From contig MU057944.1 of assembly GCA_013265495.1 (NCBI GenBank), positions 62,001 to 126,000 of the forward strand: a stretch of DNA of 64,000 nt, read 5' to 3'. Shown in pieces: positions 60,431-64,000 of the stretch; positions within the stretch are counted from its first letter, which is position 1, and every line of letters begins with the position of its first letter. Source of the stretch: Vicugna vicugna (Eukaryota). A program made the position numbers and the translations under genes. Below the pieces are notes generated by a model. The model ran no database searches and was not told the origin of the DNA. It worked only from the letters and a program-made list of their open reading frames with translations.

Positions 60431-61789
60431 GGAGTGAATGCCTAACCACTGCCACTTCTCAGCTGAACAGCCTGGGGTCACGTGGACCAAAACATCCGGA
60501 CGGGCCTTGAGTTTGGGGGATCCAGTGGGCTCCTCTGCTGCCGGCCTCGCCTCTGCACATCGTTCCAGAAATGGGGGGGTCCAGGAAGTGAAAACCAAAT
60601 TGGGGACATCCGGTCTGATCAGTTTTCCTACCTTCTTCTATGAAATTCTGGATAGGAAGCCAGGCTCTCCCATCAGTCCCTGCTAGCATCTCGGAATGTT
60701 CTGGGAGACGGGAACGCCCACCTTGACAAAGCGTGGCAGCTGGCTCCTTCCTTTTCCGGCTTCCATTGGACCCCCCCGTGTATACCCAATTCCTGCCTGT
60801 TTTGACCCTTCCAATTTGTTTCTTTAATCCTCCACTTGGGTTTTGGACAGTCACAGGCTTTTCCAGCCTCCGATGCTTTTTCTCACCTCTCGGGATGAGC
60901 TCGCGACCTTTCACGGCCTTCCCCGCACGAGCACAGCTCGGGGGGCCGCCTCTGGACGTGCTTCGGAATCTCAGCGCAGGGCCTGCGTGTATATATTGAG
61001 CACAGTGCGGCTCTAATTACAGGCTGCTGCTGGAGACCAGTCATTTCGTGAGTCATTAGGACGTGTGGCTGGGGCTTTATAATATCTTTTGACGAGTTCT
61101 GTAATTTTTATATCTTCACCTAGGATGGCGTTTTCAATGAAGCAGAACACGGCTTTGGGGTTGGCGAATGTCACAGCCCCGAGACTGTTTCCAAACTCGG
61201 GATTAAAAGGATCTTCTTCGCCCCATTCAAGGAGAGAAATATTGATTTGGATTGGTGGCTCGAGAGGCTGAAAAGGCCCTGTGTCTCCGTGTCTTGCTAA
61301 TCAATATCCCAGAGCCGTGGCCGGGGGTGATGCCCGAGTACTCCCTTCTGTTCTTCATGTTTGCAAATTACAGGCTTTCAGGTGAGGTGCCTGCATTTTG
61401 CAAAGACTGTGAGGAGCAGGTTTAATTAGCAAGCAGACCTGCTGGAAAAATCCAGCGTTATTAAGATCCTCGCTCCATGCGTTGTCTGCTCAGCTGTACC
61501 AGTCCCCTGCCCTTGGCCCTTTCCTGCCTACAGCTACCCACCCCCACACCCAGCCCCCAAGTCCCAAGGCGTCCAGGGAAGAGTGAGAGAGGCTAAGAAA
61601 AACCACAAGTTCAGATTTTTTCCCCACTGAGATGAGGACTCAGGGTCTCATCTCTTGGAAAATCCTGGAATCTATCCAGAGTGGGGCCTGACTTTGGACC
61701 CCTTGGCTTTGACCTCGGGGGCCTACTGCGCAGACACACTGAAGGTGGAGTCCGTGGGCTCAGCTCTGGGAAAACTGAGCCCCTTGTGC

Positions 61790-62075
61790 TAAAAGTAAAG
61801 GCAGACTGAGGGTTGAGTGCCCACTCTGCTCCTTACCTGCCATGTGACCTTGATCAAATGGCTTAACTTCTCTGGCCCTCAGTTTCTTCATCTGTAAAAT
61901 GGGGCTGGTTGTAGTGACTCCCTCATGAGTTGCTATGCTAGCTAATGAGATAAGGTTCAGAGAGAGGTTCGAGTTTGGCAGGATGGCTGTCACAGAGTCA
62001 GCGCTTGATCTGGGGCAGTTGCTGTGAGGGTCACAGTGGCGGCTGGCTTTGTGATTGTGTTGTTTTCATTATTAT
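61790..62075 (+). mobile_element. MIR SINE
   Basis: tgtgaccttgatcaaatggcttaacttctctggccctcagtttcttcatctgtaaaatgggg. Confidence 0.85.
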
Positions 62076-63332
62076 CAGCGTGAATCTCACGCCACAACCT
62101 TGTGTGCAGGAATCAGGCCCAGCCCCACGAGAGTGGTGGACGGGTCCCTGCACACCTGCCTGGGTCACACGATAATCCAGGAAGGGTCTGTTATGTCTGG
62201 AGAATGAGGAAGGGGCCTAGAATCTTCCATCCACCATGGTCTCAGCTGACCTGCTCTTTGTCCAAACCGGCCTGGTCCCCTAGAGGTGGACAGCACTCTT
62301 GCCTAAGCCTGGGTGCGTCTTTGGTGACATGAGGGTCCCAGGGCTCCAGGTCCAGACCCACTACTCCTGTGCGGTGCCGACGCATGGCCGTTCCCCTCCT
62401 CAGTCCCGCCACCTCCTCGCCATGCTCATGGAGACCCGACACACTCCCCACGATCCGCAGACCCGCAGACTCTCCTTCCAAGGTTTGGGGAATTGTCCAG
62501 TCTCCTCTCTTCTAGAACGTTCCACATCATCACCCCTGGAAGCACCGCCTCTTCCACTCCCCTGGACTGATCCCCTCCGTGAGCTTCCTGTCTGGGGAAC
62601 TAAAGTCAGAGGGTAAACTCTCCTTTCACACACAAAGCTCCCCGAGGCAAGGGGCCTCAAGGCCTCACCTTCTCTTGGAGGAGGGAAGGGGAGCTGGGGA
62701 GAACCGTACACAGAGTCTGGTGTTTTGCAGCAGTGAAATCCATCACGAATTATTACTGCAACAGAGCTGCCGCCATTATTGTTAGCGGGTCTGCGGAGGG
62801 GAGGAAGGAACCTGCCGGGCATCTTCTTCTACCCACCTAGTCTGGACCAGAGCTACCACTGGCAGTGACTCTGAGCCCTTACACGGATAGCAGTGTGTGT
62901 GCATGTGGGAGGGGGGGGTTGTGTAGCGTGATTCATTCTTGACTTCATTCATTTGCTGAGTGCAGAAGATACGGGAGTCTGATGCACCAGACGTGACTCA
63001 CATGCTCACCCTGGGCTCATCCCCACTTGGAGCTCACAGACCGAGATGAAGGGAAAGAGGGGTGTCGAGGGAAAATGGGGGTGTGTGGCCAGAAGAGTGG
63101 GGGTATGAATACTGCACAGACAACCTGGCAAGGCCATCGCCGGCAGATAAGCACCTCACTTCCCGTGTCAGAAGTTGAATTAGAATGCAAGTCTCTGGAG
63201 GACCGGGCCCTTAAACTGCCCTGCTTTGGGAGGCACTTGGAGCCCAAAGGCCAGACTTCAAGGCTAGCCGCGGTCTCATGCTACTTACGGGACTTCTCTG
63301 GGTTCGTTTCCTTGTCTACAAAATGGGAAATA

Positions 63333-63424
63333 AGGAGGGTGGGTATCGCTCAGTGGCAGAGCACATGCTTAGCATGCGTGAGATCCTGGGTTCCATCCCT
63401 AGTATCTCCTCCGTTAAAAAAAAG
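63333..63424 (+). mobile_element. Camelid tRNA-derived SINE (Vic-1-like) inserted in a MIR
   Basis: gggtatcgctcagtggcagagcacatgcttagcatgcgtgagatcctgggttccatccctagtatctcc plus A tail. Confidence 0.85.
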
Positions 63425-63464
63425 TAGGGGGAACTAAAAGTTACTTCATGGAGCAGTTACATAG

Positions 63465-63613
63465 TAGCACTGTCCAAAATGGTAACCCCGAGCCCCCGAG
63501 CACTTAAAATATGGCTAGCCTAAGGAATTGAATTTTTAAACTTTATTCAATGTTAATAAATTAAACTTTTATTGTTCACATGGGGCTTGCAGTGGCCGCA
63601 GTGCACAGTGCAG
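63465..63613. mobile_element. MER3/MER33-like hAT fragment inside the same MIR
   Basis: gcactgtccaaaatggtaacc...gagcacttaaaatatggctag...aggaattgaatttttaaacttta...cacatggggct...tgcacagtgcag. Confidence 0.7.
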
Positions 63614-63689
63614 TTATGAGGACTCAGTGAGCTCATGCATGTGAAATTGCCCTGTAAACTGTAAAGTGCAGTGAAGGAATGGTCTTTGC

Positions 63690-64000
63690 CCTGGACCAGG
63701 CTGGATGCTGTCAGGACCATGCTCATGATTATTGACTGGTCTTAAGGAGGCTCCATGGGAAGCCAGTCGTGAATTCTGAGAGGAGGAGAGGTGGGATCTG
63801 ACATGTGTTTATGGTGTGTTGAAGACAGACGCCAGGGAGGAAGGGCGGAAGCAGGTGACGAATAAGGAAGCTACTGCAGGAAGAGATGCCTCTATCCAGG
63901 CAAGAGAGGATGGTGGGAGGGAGCGGAGACGGGGCAGTGCCAAGTGGGACAGGGTGCTGTGGGACTCAGGGTCTAGTTTCAACGCAGAGCCAGCAGAACT
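63690..64000 (-). mobile_element. L2 fragment
   Basis: atgggaagccagt...gaggtgggatctgacatgtgttt...aggaagctactgca...tccaggcaagagaggatggtgg...cagagccagcagaact. Confidence 0.65.

Noticed and set aside
26085..63424. All four camelid SINEs lie on the + strand
   Set aside because: With four copies, a shared orientation has a 1 in 8 chance
1..64000. Protein-coding genes from the six-frame ORF track (longest 214 aa)
   Set aside because: The ORFs are short, overlap in several frames, are Pro/Ser/Gly/Arg-rich as expected for GC-rich non-coding DNA, often run through repeats, and show no recognisable domain. Small spliced exons cannot be fully excluded by eye.
1..64000. CRISPR array, operon, prophage or other prokaryotic system
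   Set aside because: No regularly spaced repeats and no dense long ORFs; the repeat content is clearly mammalian

Overview
Non-coding mammalian genomic DNA (intergenic or deep intronic), GC-rich and dense in ancient interspersed repeats: MIR, L2, L1M fragments, ERVL/MaLR solo LTRs, and hAT and Tigger DNA-transposon relics. Four copies of a tRNA-derived SINE resembling the camelid Vic-1 family point to a camelid genome (alpaca/camel/llama; inference), supported by an artiodactyl-type L1 3' end, an internally deleted Tigger1, and no recognisable Alu, B1/B2, BovB/Bov-tA, PRE1 or CAN SINE. I cannot support any protein-coding gene: the ORF track is chance ORFs apart from two decayed L1 ORF2 remnants. 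I found no evidence of a new multi-gene system. The best leads are regulatory or structural: a small CpG island-like cluster, several repeat-free motif-dense enhancer-like blocks, a palindromic tandem E-box with 6-bp spacer in a transposon relic, a tailless SINE, nested insertions, and CpG-rich ancient repeats. Repeat family names come from recalled consensus sequences, not a database search; boundaries are approximate unless stated.
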